DNA of 64,000 bases from an uncultured archaeon (GCA_964493715.1 CAZBPC010000002.1:73637-137636), one strand, 5' to 3'; counted from the first letter of the stretch, positions 10,974 to 21,187 are shown. The notes: generated by a model from the letters alone, not told the origin. Made by a program: numbers and translations.

Positions 10974-11057
10974 CAAGTTTTTTTTATAGATTGCTTTCTT
11001 ATTAAAATTGTAAGTATTTAGGAGAAAAATTTGAATAGAATTAAAAAGGTAGATTTA

Positions 11058-12244
11058 ATGGCTAAAAATGTAAAGCGAATAGGAATTTTAACGGGTGGTG
11101 GAGTTTCATTTAAGATACATCTTTTTGAACCACAGACTGTCCCGGATTAAATTCAGTGATTTATGGGATAATGCTGAAAGCTTACGATGCGGATGTAGAA
11201 TGCGTAGGAATTCTAAAAGGATGGAAAGGTTTTGTTGAAAATTTAACGATTCCCTTAAACATTGCAGAACATGACGATCTTCATACCAAGGGAGGGACAA
11301 TATTGTATACAAGTCGTACTAATCCATTTAAAGGAGTTGAGGCTAAAGAGGAAAAAGCAAAGCAATTAACTAATCAATTCAATGTGTTAGGTATAGATGC
11401 ATTAATTGCTATCGGTGGAGATGATACTCTTGGAGTAGCAGATACCATGTATAAAATTGCTAATGCAAATGTAGTAGGGGTTCCAAAAACGATAGATAAT
11501 GACTTGAAGGGTACTCATTACACTTTTGGGTTCTGGAGCGCTGTACAATTAGCTTCTAATGCGATGGATAATCTCACAACAACCGCACGTTCACACCAGC
11601 GTGTTTTTGTAGTTGAGATTATGGGAAGAGATGCTGGTTTTTTAACCATGTATAGTGGAATTTCAGCAGGAGCTGATATAATATTGGTTCCTGAAACCCC
11701 CTTTAGTTTAGAAAAAGATATTGTTGACGTACTCAAAAAAAGAGCTAATGCTGGGTATAAATATCACATCATTGCCACATCTGAAGGAGCTCATCCTCAT
11801 ATCGATTCATTAAATCGAGATTTCAAGACAATTTCAAAGGAAACAATTGATAAATTACCTAAAGATACATTTGGGAATCCTTTATTAGCAAAGTTAAACA
11901 TTTCACAAATTATCGTTGATGAATTAAATTTAAGAGACGATCTAAAAGAAGTATTTCTCCAAAATGACGTCGAATTCGAATGCAGGAGCGTAGTTTTGGG
12001 ACATACAATGCGAGCTGGAACACCTAATTCGTTCGATAGAATTTTGGGATTGAGATTTGGATTAGCAGCCATGAATATGGTTTTAGAGTCTAAATTTGGG
12101 AACATGGTTTCGCTTCAAGGTAATAAAATTAAAACCATGCCGCTTTCGGAAGGGGTAAAAAAGAAATATATTACCTCAGATAGTGATAAAATGGAATTAA
12201 GAGATTTACTTGTAAAAGTGCGGTATCTATCGAAACAAAAATAG
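11058..12244 (+). CDS. pfp: PPi-dependent phosphofructokinase (PfkA superfamily), 384 aa after removal of intron 11104-11135
   Basis: Spliced N-terminus MAKNVKRIGILTGGGDCPGLNSVI; GGTILYTSR, GGDDT and PKTIDND (Asp/Lys signature of PPi-type enzymes), EIMGRDAG, LGHTMRAG. Confidence 0.9.
11104..11135 (+). other. 32-nt bulge-helix-bulge (archaeal tRNA-type) intron in pfk mRNA
   Basis: Central helix GTGG 11098-11101 / CCAC 11130-11133; bulges AGT 11102-11104 and AGA 11134-11136; inner stem TTCA/TGAA plus AAGA/TCTT hairpin; removal gives GGA GAC TGT (G-D-C). Confidence 0.88.
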
Positions 12245-12266
12245 AATTTTACGTCATTTTTTATAT

Positions 12267-12350
12267 TTATCCGAACTGCTTTTCTTCTTCCACATCGCTA
12301 TCAAGAGTATTTTTCTCTAAATATCTGTCAAGCCCATTTTACGTTAGAAT
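12267..12350 (-). pseudogene. Diverged remnant of the acyl-CoA dehydrogenase 3' end
   Basis: Translates to ..LDRYLEKNTLDSDVEEEKQFG*, versus ..[21 protein letters not shown] of gene 13709-14953. Confidence 0.8.
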
Positions 12351-12450
12351 ACCACTTCCAGAAGGGGTAAAAAAGAAATATATTACCTCGGATAGTGATA
12401 AAATGGAATTAAAAGATTTGCTGGTAAAAGTTAGAGATTCATCTAAAAAA
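12349..12450 (+). repeat. Diverged direct repeat of the pfk 3' end (12137-12244)
   Basis: 12361-12432 versus 12149-12220: 5 mismatches in 72 nt, 4 of them synonymous; encodes EGVKKKYITSDSDKMELKDLLVKV. Confidence 0.9.
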
Positions 12451-13614
12451 TTAAAATATTAAATCCTTAGGCCTAACATCAGGAGCTTTAAGAAGAATTA
12501 ACCCTGATATAACCGTTATACAAGCTGCTACTGCAAAAGGAGTCCATCCTATTATTTCTATTAGTGATCCTCCTCTCATTATTGTAATACTTGATAAATC
12601 TACAATATATCCCATAAATATCGGACCAAACACAAAACCTATATCTCCAATCGTACGATACACGCCCATATAAATTTCAAGTTTATCCTGAGGCGCAATA
12701 TCAGTCACATAAGCAGCTATTGGCCCTGAAAGCCCAATCAAAGCTCCATAAATAAACATAACAAAAGAAATGTAAATCAGATTTGAAGTAAAAGGAATCC
12801 AAAGGGTTACTGGTGCAGAAACGACAAGTGATAATAAAAGAGGAGTTCGTCGCCCAATTTTGTCTGAAATCAAGCCAATAGGTAACATGGTAATTGTAGT
12901 TGCAATAGCCGCTATGGTTAATAATATACCAATATCAAATTCATTTAAACCAAGGTTATTACCCGAAAAAAGTGGTACAAGAGTGTTTCGCACTCCCGTC
13001 CGTATAAAGAATAACGAAAAAATTGAGGGAAGAACTGGAATGAATGATGGATCTCTTAAACTGAACCTTACTTGATGATAGAGATCTTGAATCTTAATAG
13101 GTTCCTTTTCATTCGAATTATTCACTCTTGGCAACGTAAGAGTGGGAACGATCCCTATAGCAGATATAATAGCATAAGCAAAAAATGGAGCGTTTATACC
13201 ATATAAATCTGCAATAAAACCACCAAAACTTGGCCCAAAAATGGATCCCAATAATAAAAAACCAGAATAAATGCTCATTAAAAAACCTCGTCTTTCTGGG
13301 CTAGCAACTAATGCAATAAAAATGGTTGCAATTGTTACATAAATTGCAGAACCAAAACCTTCAATAAATCGAGCTAAAAGTAAAATCCAATAATATTGAG
13401 CTGATCCCGCCAAAATTGAGGATCCCGATATGAGTATTAATCCCAAAAGCATCAAATTCTTTTTATTATATCTTTGAGATAAGAAACCAGCTGGTAAATC
13501 AATGAACATGCGAGCAATTCCAAATGCAGACACCACAAGTCCAATAAGCGTATAATTAACATTAAAAGATTCGGCATAAAAAGGTAAAATTGGAGCAATT
13601 ATGCTTAATCCCAA
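12451..13614 (-). CDS. MFS transporter (DHA1-like); frame and first TM helix extend upstream to an ATA at 13671
   Basis: About 12 hydrophobic segments, ARFIEGFG, GLISDKIGRR. Confidence 0.88.
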   Translation of the reverse strand: MGLSIIAPILPFYAESFNVNYTLIGLVVSAFGIARMFIDLPAGFLSQRYNKKNLMLLGLILISGSSILAGSAQYYWILLLARFIEGFGSAIYVTIATIFIALVASPERRGFLMSIYSGFLLLGSIFGPSFGGFIADLYGINAPFFAYAIISAIGIVPTLTLPRVNNSNEKEPIKIQDLYHQVRFSLRDPSFIPVLPSIFSLFFIRTGVRNTLVPLFSGNNLGLNEFDIGILLTIAAIATTITMLPIGLISDKIGRRTPLLLSLVVSAPVTLWIPFTSNLIYISFVMFIYGALIGLSGPIAAYVTDIAPQDKLEIYMGVYRTIGDIGFVFGPIFMGYIVDLSSITIMRGGSLIEIIGWTPFAVAACITVISGLILLKAPDVRPKDLIF

Positions 13615-13708
13615 TAATACGAGAAAGGTGACAACCGCAAGGTTTAATGTGATTATAAGGTCTCTTTTTATATCACATCTCCCCTTGTTATGATTTTAGC
13701 ATAACTAA

Positions 13709-14953
13709 TTAACCAAAATGTTTTTCTTCTTGATGATCTGAATCAATTGCGTCTTTCTCAACATCACGATCAACCCATTTTTCGCTTAGTAATTCTTTAT
13801 AGTATTCATGTTGTATTATCATGTTCATGATCTCTGTGGTTCCCGTCCACAATTCACCTATCCTTGAATCGCGTAAAATTTTTTCGATGGGATAGACTGT
13901 GGTATAACCAATACCCCCCATGATCTGCATCGCATTGTTTATGACTTTCCAACAAGATTTAGTTGAAAATTTTTTCGATTCTGAGACTAACCTTCTTTGT
14001 AAAGCAGGTGGTGCTCCTGCATCAATCGTTCTAGCAGTATTAAGAACAATTGCTCTTGCAGCGTCTAAAAGTGTAATACTATCTGCAACTTTAAAATTTA
14101 TTGCTTGGAAGTTTTTTATTGTTTGTCCAAAAGCTTTTCTTTTAGTTGAATATTTGGTAGCAATATGAAGACAAGTTCTTGCTGATCCTAATGAACCCGC
14201 TGCCGTTGTGAGACGTTCAGGAACCATCATTTGATAAAAAATTCTTCCTCCTTGTCCTTCTCCCATAATGATATTCTCTTTCGGTACTTGAACATTTGTA
14301 AATTTGAGTCTTCCAGCACCCCCACCTCTAGTTCCTAATAAACCATAAATGTACTCCGTTTCTACACCTTCGCTACGATCCACGATAAATAGACTAAGAG
14401 ATGATCGAGAATCCGATTTCGGATCCAAGTTAGTTTTAGCATAAACTAAAAAAAAGTCAGCTCCCTCAGCTCCCACAACAAAACGTTTTTCCCCATTCAG
14501 GATATAATAATCCCCTTCTTTAACAGCGGTGCAAGTTGCTCCAAAAAAATCAGATCCTCCTCTTGGTTCTGTTAGAGCTTCTGCAGTATACTTTTTACCC
14601 TCACACATTGGCTTCAAGTAATTTAATTTTTGACCTTCAGAGCCAAATAAATTCATGGCTTCTCCAGTAATAATAGGAAGAGAATATAAGCATGGTAATG
14701 AGCTCCCAAGTACGCCTACTTCTTCAAGAGCAACAACTTCACATTCCCAATTTAAGCCTCGACCACCAAATTCCTTGGGAAACCTTAATCCTATAAGATT
14801 TTTTTTGCCAAGATTCTGCAGGAATTCAGTTGGATAATTGATTTCTTCTTTATCCATTTTTTTAATTAAGGTGTGAGGAACATCGTCTCTTACAAATGAA
14901 CGTACTTCTTCTTTTATTTTTTTAGCATCTTCACTTATTATATAATCAAACAT
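13709..14953 (-). CDS. Acyl-CoA dehydrogenase
   Basis: [38 protein letters not shown]. Confidence 0.92.
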   Translation of the reverse strand: MFDYIISEDAKKIKEEVRSFVRDDVPHTLIKKMDKEEINYPTEFLQNLGKKNLIGLRFPKEFGGRGLNWECEVVALEEVGVLGSSLPCLYSLPIITGEAMNLFGSEGQKLNYLKPMCEGKKYTAEALTEPRGGSDFFGATCTAVKEGDYYILNGEKRFVVGAEGADFFLVYAKTNLDPKSDSRSSLSLFIVDRSEGVETEYIYGLLGTRGGGAGRLKFTNVQVPKENIIMGEGQGGRIFYQMMVPERLTTAAGSLGSARTCLHIATKYSTKRKAFGQTIKNFQAINFKVADSITLLDAARAIVLNTARTIDAGAPPALQRRLVSESKKFSTKSCWKVINNAMQIMGGIGYTTVYPIEKILRDSRIGELWTGTTEIMNMIIQHEYYKELLSEKWVDRDVEKDAIDSDHQEEKHFG

Positions 14954-15175
14954 TCAAGATTCACTTGATTAATTGTATTGTTCTATGATAATATATTCAA
15001 GATTATAATTATTTTTTATTATTTATTATATGTATCAAAATTAATTCATGAATTCATTCATACTTCACTTAAAGAATCTATTTTAAGTAGAAGTCGTTTT
15101 TATTCTAGGGTATAAATATCTGAATATATATAACTATATAAAAAAGTCATAAGAAAAATTATAAGTTAACCAATT

Positions 15176-16422
15176 ATGTTTACAAAAATAAAAAAAAATT
15201 ATAAGAAATACCCAAATCCATTTAAAGTTCTGATTCTCGCCACATTCATCGATAGATTTGGAGGTTTTTTATTATTTCCCTTTTTTTCAGTGTCTCTTAT
15301 AGAACATTTTAAAGTAACAATAATTGAGGTAGGATTTTTATTTTCTATATTTGCTGGTGGAAGCATAATTGGTAGTACGATAGGAGGAGCATTAACTGAT
15401 AAATATGGCCGTCGTTCGATGCTGTTATTAGGTTTAATTTCAAGTGGAATTGGTAGTATCTTAATGGGTATAGTTAACGATTTATATCTTTTTTTATACT
15501 AGCAGCAGTTTTAGGCACATTAGGAGACTTGGGAGGTCCAGCCCGGCAAGCAATGGTTGTGGATTTACTTCCAGAAGATAGACGAGCAGATGGATTTGGA
15601 TTATTACGAGTGGCTGTAAATCTCGCAGCAGTAATGGGACCAATTCTTGGTGGAATGTTGCTAAATAGTTCATATCTGTTCTTATTTATATTAGACGCAG
15701 TATGTCGCTTAATTACTGCCTTAATTGTATTCATAGTCATTCCAGAAACAAAACCTGAAAAACCAGAAGGCAAACTGGAAGAATCTGTAATGAAAACTAT
15801 AGCTGGATATGAGGAGGTCCTTAAAGATGGATTGTATATATCATTTCTTTCCATTTCTGCTTTGACGGTACTAGTTTACATGCAAATGAGCAGTACGTTA
15901 TCGGTATTTTTGTGGGACGTGTACGAGTTTCCATTAAGCTTGTTTGGTGTGTTGTTGAGTATGAATGCGCTGATGGTGGTATTCTTTCAGTTCTTGATAA
16001 CTAGAATGACCGCAAAGTATGCACCCATGAAAATGATGGCTTTCGGCACACTTCTTTATATGATTGGTTTTGGGATGTATGGTTTTGTCTCCTTACCATA
16101 CTTGTTTTTCGTGGCTATGGCAATTCTAACAGTTGGAGAAATGATTGTAATACCCGTATCACAAGCTACAGTAGCTCATTTTGCTTCTGAAGATAAACGA
16201 GGGCGATATATGGCAGTGTTTGGTTTTCACTGGTCGATTCCAACCTTATTTGGAGTCTCAGCTGCTAGTTTTGTCTATATTTCGCTTGGTCCGAATTGGG
16301 TATGATATTTAGCTGGAATTTTATGCCTGATTGCTATCATCGGTTTTTTAATACTCAATGGTATCGCAAAAGATCGTTTTTCGAATCCGACAGAAATTTT
16401 GGTTGAAAAATTTAGTGAATAA
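15176..16422 (+). pseudogene. MFS transporter pseudogene (frameshift in T-run near 15489-15495; internal TGA at 16303-16305)
   Basis: GALTDKYGRR in the first half; the second frame continues ILAAVLGTLGDLGGPARQA; the last TM helix (YLAGILCLIAIIGFLIL) follows the TGA and runs to TAA at 16420-16422. Confidence 0.8.
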
Positions 16423-16515
16423 CAAATATTCCATTGATTTTTTTACTTTTTTTAGAGATTATTAAGGTAATATAGAGATCTATCTTAAAGTATTACGAAG
16501 GTATATATTAAAGTG

Positions 16516-16535
16516 CGTGAAAGTTTAGTTTCACG
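16516..16535. terminator. Perfect 7-bp inverted repeat between convergent genes (possible terminator or operator)
   Basis: CGTGAAA-gtttag-TTTCACG. Confidence 0.35.
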
Positions 16536-16563
16536 AATTCATTAATGTAAAAAATCTTGAATT

Positions 16564-16860
16564 TTAAATCTCGAATATTTCTTTAGCTTTTTCTTCTATA
16601 ATTTTGTTATTTACTAGATCCCATATTTCAGAGTAATAAAACTCATCATCATTTTTTACTATTAAAGGAATACTTTCTACACATGCACTCATATCGCAAT
16701 ATAGACTGTTAAAGGTCGGATTTTTCATCAAAGGATCATTAAAATCATTTGGATCTTGGTAATCAAGAATCTTATAATCAATGTTCTTATCTTTTAGCCA
16801 TTCTTTCAAGATTTCACAGAAAACACAATGCTTCTTAATAACAATTTTAAATTTAGCCAT
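16564..16860 (-). CDS. Glutaredoxin-like small protein
   Basis: CVFC after the first beta strand, cis-Pro motif ESIP. Confidence 0.6.
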   Translation of the reverse strand: MAKFKIVIKKHCVFCEILKEWLKDKNIDYKILDYQDPNDFNDPLMKNPTFNSLYCDMSACVESIPLIVKNDDEFYYSEIWDLVNNKIIEEKAKEIFEI

Positions 16861-16911
16861 AATAAAATATATTTTAGTAATAATTTAAATTTTTATTTAA
16901 AAAAACCAATG

Positions 16912-18063
16912 CTAATCTTCAATTTCAAAAATAATCTTTAAGTATTCATATTTAGAATTGAGTAATTTTAATATTTTACGAGAAAAATCTCTCAAATTTT
17001 TTGCGTGAATGGGTTTTTCTTCTGCTTGTTCATGGTAAAAATCATGCAGCATCTTTCTAGTTTCATCTGGACCATTATCTTCTAAAAATTTAACCCAATG
17101 GGTCGATATTCTACAATATATCTTCAAATTCTCATCTGGATGTTTGGATTTATCAAAAATGGAATCATTATATTTATTCAATTCACTACTCACTTTTTCA
17201 AGATGACTAGCGATTGCTAAAGAACTGCGACATAAACTGATTAAATTGGAGGTGGTTCTTGAATTTCTAGTATTTACTGCTTCTTCGAATGCACTCCAAC
17301 TTTCTAACCATTCATCTTTATGTATTCCTTCTTTTCCATCATTGATCATTGCTACATTTATAATATCGCTTAAATCAACATCATGACCTCTTTTGATTTT
17401 TTTATCAAAAATCTGTTTTAGATGTGAGCCTTCGAGAAAAGCACCTGCTCCAAAATCAAGCAATTGATTAAGATTATTTGCAGCAAATAATAATTCATTT
17501 TTTTTTTCTTCTGAGTTAAGTTTTACCCAATTAACTTTCTTTTCCCATTCTCCAGTTTTTTTATTTCTTATGAAATTACATTCCTTTAATTTCGAGTCTA
17601 AAAGACTAGTTTGGAACATCCAAAAATCAATATCATCAGTAAATCTTTTCCTTCTCCAATCTCTAGTGGTATATTTCCCAAGATATAACTTTAAAGTACC
17701 CCTAATTACGTTTAATTTCCCATTTTTCAAAGCATTACGCGCCTCTTTACAGTAATAGTGATTTGGATCATTTGAGCACAATTCTATTTTATTTAATACT
17801 TTTCTAGCTTCATTTGCAACAATATCACAAGGAATACTCCCATCAGATGGATAAGCTCTAGACCCCCCTCTTATAAAATCTTCAAATAAATCATATTCAT
17901 CATCAGGAATCGAGTACCAAGGATTATTAAAAAAAAATTTTGTAAAGACATAATGAGTGAATTGATTTTCATCTTTCCAAGTTTTTTCTACAATGGGAGA
18001 AACATCTCTAAGATTATCACCTTTTGCTCTAACATCAGCTTTTATATCCCAAATTCCATTCAT
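16912..18063 (-). CDS. Hypothetical protein, possible nucleotidyltransferase-fold domain
   Basis: 383-aa ORF; IRG...RFTDDIDF and HDVDLSDI resemble NTase motifs. Confidence 0.5.
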   Translation of the reverse strand: MNGIWDIKADVRAKGDNLRDVSPIVEKTWKDENQFTHYVFTKFFFNNPWYSIPDDEYDLFEDFIRGGSRAYPSDGSIPCDIVANEARKVLNKIELCSNDPNHYYCKEARNALKNGKLNVIRGTLKLYLGKYTTRDWRRKRFTDDIDFWMFQTSLLDSKLKECNFIRNKKTGEWEKKVNWVKLNSEEKKNELLFAANNLNQLLDFGAGAFLEGSHLKQIFDKKIKRGHDVDLSDIINVAMINDGKEGIHKDEWLESWSAFEEAVNTRNSRTTSNLISLCRSSLAIASHLEKVSSELNKYNDSIFDKSKHPDENLKIYCRISTHWVKFLEDNGPDETRKMLHDFYHEQAEEKPIHAKNLRDFSRKILKLLNSKYEYLKIIFEIED

Positions 18064-18191
18064 TTGAAATTCTTTTTAGTTTAATATTACTAATAAAATT
18101 AAATGAACAAACCAAACTTAAATCTTTTTTCTATAAAATAAAGAAGTAATCAAGCATATAGTATAAATAGAATATCTATTTCTTTCTCAAT

Positions 18192-18875
18192 ATGAAAGAA
18201 CTCTTTTCAGTTTTTGTATATGCACCTTGGGATAAGCTCAAAACAAAGAAGCTAACAGAAATTAGATTATTATCTCTCAAAAGCATATTTGAAAAATATC
18301 CCGTAATTGAACGGAAATTTTTTGATGATCTATCAGAAAACATTAGCAAAAACATCCATTATTCTTGGTTCGAATGTATTAAAAGAATTGTAGGCCCTGA
18401 CAAAGAAGATTATGAAATTCAAAGTTGGAATATTATTTGGGCAATGGATACGGATAATAGAATCTACCAATTCTTATTCCAAAAACTAGAGGATTCTGAT
18501 GAATCTCAAGCAATTATGGTTGGTTTGGCTCCTCCAGAGCTTGGGAAGTTATTTTCAGAATATAGAGATGATGCAATTCTTAGGATTTTATCCGTATTGA
18601 ATAATCCAACAAAATTAAAATTCTTGATGGGATTAGCTCCAAAAGGCATATCAATAGCTCAAGAACAACAACTTATACAGGCTAATAAAAATAATCTGGA
18701 CAAGATCAACTTCGTAAACTCACTAAAAGAACTACCAAACATCCAAGGGCAATGGTTTTTTCCTCGTAATCCAATGTGTCCATTTTGTAAAGGATTGCTG
18801 GTTGAGAAAATGGATTATGATATTAGTTGTCAAAAGCTAGTGTGTCCTCAATGCAACTATGAAAGAAAGAAATAG
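18192..18875 (+). CDS. Hypothetical protein with C-terminal Zn ribbon
   Basis: CPFC...CPQC at the C-terminus. Confidence 0.65.
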   Translation: MKELFSVFVYAPWDKLKTKKLTEIRLLSLKSIFEKYPVIERKFFDDLSENISKNIHYSWFECIKRIVGPDKEDYEIQSWNIIWAMDTDNRIYQFLFQKLEDSDESQAIMVGLAPPELGKLFSEYRDDAILRILSVLNNPTKLKFLMGLAPKGISIAQEQQLIQANKNNLDKINFVNSLKELPNIQGQWFFPRNPMCPFCKGLLVEKMDYDISCQKLVCPQCNYERKK

Positions 18876-18956
18876 GATATTAACAATAACAATTTTATTA
18901 AATATTAGAATATATAATTTATAACGAAAAATATATTATTTTGGTAGATAATTAAC

Positions 18957-20486
18957 ATGCCATATATTGTAGCACTCGATTTAGGCACCACAGGTTGTCG
19001 CACTTTTATATTTGACTTATCTGGAAGTATATTAGCAAGTGATTATCAAGAATGGGAGAGTATTTATCCTGCTCCATCACATGTAGAGCAAGATGCAAAT
19101 GTTTGGTGGGACTCAATTAAAAGAACAATTGAGAGAGCTATTAAGAAGAGTGGTATTGATAAAACTGAAATTGTCAGTTTATCCATAACAAATCAGAGAG
19201 AAACTATTGTTCCTGTAGATAAAATGGGAAATCCTTTACACAATGCGCTAGTTTGGCAAGATAGAAGAACAACGGAACAAGTTGAATATATCAAGAAAAA
19301 AATTGGCGTTGAAAAGATATATAAAACAACTGGTTTAACCATAGATCCATATTTTTCCGCTACTAAAATACTTTGGTTTAAAAATAATAAACCTGAAATC
19401 TATAACCAAACTCACAAATTTTTATTGGTCTCAGATTTCATAATACATAAACTCACGGGACAGTTTGTAACTGATCATTCAAATGCTTCACGAACCATGC
19501 TTTTCGATATAAACAATTTGAAATATTCTGAAGAAATTGCTTCTGAATTGGAAATTGACCTTGATAAAATGCCAGAATCAATGGAAAGTGGAGTTGATGT
19601 TGGAGAAATCGTGTCCAACGAGACTGATTTTGATAAGAAGACGTTAGTTATCACTGGAGCTGGAGATCAACAATCAGCAGCATTAGGAGTGGGTGTGGTA
19701 TCACCAGGGGAGATTAAATGCACAACTGGGACGGGTAGTTTTATCCTCGCCTTCCTAGAAGAACCTAAATTTGATCCTGAGAGAAGAGTCTTATGTAGTT
19801 GTCATGCTGTACCAGGAAAATGGGTTCAAGAGGCAAGCATTTTTACTTCAGGAGCTGTATTAAGATGGTTTAGAGACCAAATTGCTGTTGATGAATGTCA
19901 AAAAGCTGAAGAATTGGGTCAAGATCCTTATGAAATAATGACATCGGAAGCTGAAAAATCCCCCATAGGGTCTAATGGGCTGCTTTTTATACCTCATTTA
20001 GTAGGAGCAGGAGCACCTCATTGGAATCCTTATGCAAAGGGAATTTTATTCGGTTTATCACTAGGTCATCAAAGAAAAGATCTTTATAGAGCAGTTTTAG
20101 AAGGAGTAGCTTATGAAGTAAAAAAAAATATTCTTGTTTTTAAATCTCTAGGAATAGATCCGAAAGAATTAAAAATTACTGGAGGAGGTTCTCGTTCTGA
20201 TTTATGGAATCAAATATATGCTGATACCTTAGGAATATCTTGTGTAAGAAATGTTAATGAAGAAGCTACATCTTTGGGGGCAGCAATATTAGCCGCATAT
20301 GGAGCAGGGTTATTTCCAAATATATCTAAAGCTGCAGAAAATATTTGTAAAGTTGATAAACGATGGTCTCCAAATGAAAATCACGCTGAGATTTATGATA
20401 AAATATTCCGTTTTTCAAACAGATTGTATTCAATTCTGAGTGAAAATGAGGTTTATAAGAACTTTAATGATATATTTCAAATTTGA
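18957..20486 (+). CDS. FGGY-family carbohydrate kinase (xylulokinase/glycerol kinase-like)
   Basis: DLGTTGCR, TNQRET, WQDRRT, SNASRT, GDQQSA, GGGSRS. Confidence 0.92.
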   Translation: MPYIVALDLGTTGCRTFIFDLSGSILASDYQEWESIYPAPSHVEQDANVWWDSIKRTIERAIKKSGIDKTEIVSLSITNQRETIVPVDKMGNPLHNALVWQDRRTTEQVEYIKKKIGVEKIYKTTGLTIDPYFSATKILWFKNNKPEIYNQTHKFLLVSDFIIHKLTGQFVTDHSNASRTMLFDINNLKYSEEIASELEIDLDKMPESMESGVDVGEIVSNETDFDKKTLVITGAGDQQSAALGVGVVSPGEIKCTTGTGSFILAFLEEPKFDPERRVLCSCHAVPGKWVQEASIFTSGAVLRWFRDQIAVDECQKAEELGQDPYEIMTSEAEKSPIGSNGLLFIPHLVGAGAPHWNPYAKGILFGLSLGHQRKDLYRAVLEGVAYEVKKNILVFKSLGIDPKELKITGGGSRSDLWNQIYADTLGISCVRNVNEEATSLGAAILAAYGAGLFPNISKAAENICKVDKRWSPNENHAEIYDKIFRFSNRLYSILSENEVYKNFNDIFQI

Positions 20487-20560
20487 AATCCAAATCATTA
20501 TTTATTTCTTTTGTCTAATTACTTGATTCTGGGGTTAATGAACAATTTTATATAGTTAAA

Positions 20561-21187
20561 TTGTTATTCATTCTATACATAACAGATCAAGTGAAATTTA
20601 TGGAAACTCTTAAAGAAATAGATTATAGTTCTAACCAAAAAGCTGTAGGTGAATTATTTTATATCTTTATGGTGATAGCATGCATTGGAATTGTGATCGG
20701 GGTTGTATGGTCTATTTTAGATTTTGTTATGCCTTTAGGGAAATTTGACATATTCCTTGCATTAAATCTAGGATACCAGATTGCGATAATAGCTGGATTT
20801 TTAGCCGCATTATTTTTGCTTTTGATCTTTTTCTTTGGTTTATTCAAAAAAGGAGCAAAAGGAGTATTAAGATTTATTTTTAGAGAAAGAGAACTAGAAG
20901 AAAGGTATAAAAATCGTCTTGATGTTAAGATTGCAGCAGGAGGATTATTACTTAGCATCATGGCAGTAATAGTCGGCATAATAATTGCTATCATACAAGA
21001 TGTCGTAGCAGGATCCGGTTCTTCACCTTTAGCAAGCTTATTTACTGAATTTTCTGCTGGTAATTGGGTATTATTTGGAGGTATAGCATTCTTAGCGTTA
21101 GTAGGATTGTCATTATTTTTGATATTTTTCTGGAAAAATGGAAATTATGCCATCATGAAAATCGTGGGAATTCTCGAAAAAGAATAA
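20561..21187 (+). CDS. Membrane protein with two similar helical-hairpin halves (start probably ATG at 20599)
   Basis: Four TM segments; FFFGLFKKG and IFFWKNG repeats. Confidence 0.7.
   Translation: MLFILYITDQVKFMETLKEIDYSSNQKAVGELFYIFMVIACIGIVIGVVWSILDFVMPLGKFDIFLALNLGYQIAIIAGFLAALFLLLIFFFGLFKKGAKGVLRFIFRERELEERYKNRLDVKIAAGGLLLSIMAVIVGIIIAIIQDVVAGSGSSPLASLFTEFSAGNWVLFGGIAFLALVGLSLFLIFFWKNGNYAIMKIVGILEKE

Noticed and set aside
11103-11135. The pfk insert looks like a spliceosomal GT...pyrimidine tract...CAG intron
   Set aside because: Removing GT..AG at 11103-11135 (33 nt) leaves the frame broken, and using the GT at 11098 deletes two conserved glycines. Only a 32-nt excision restores GGGDC, and its boundaries match the BHB cut sites.
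12149-12450. pfk 3' repeat as a diversity-generating retroelement TR/VR pair
   Set aside because: Mismatches are not adenine-specific, are mostly synonymous, and no reverse transcriptase is present in the window.
16303-16535. In-frame TGA plus downstream hairpin as selenocysteine recoding
   Set aside because: The TGA is at a Trp-like position in a TM boundary, the gene also has a frameshift, and the hairpin does not resemble a SECIS.
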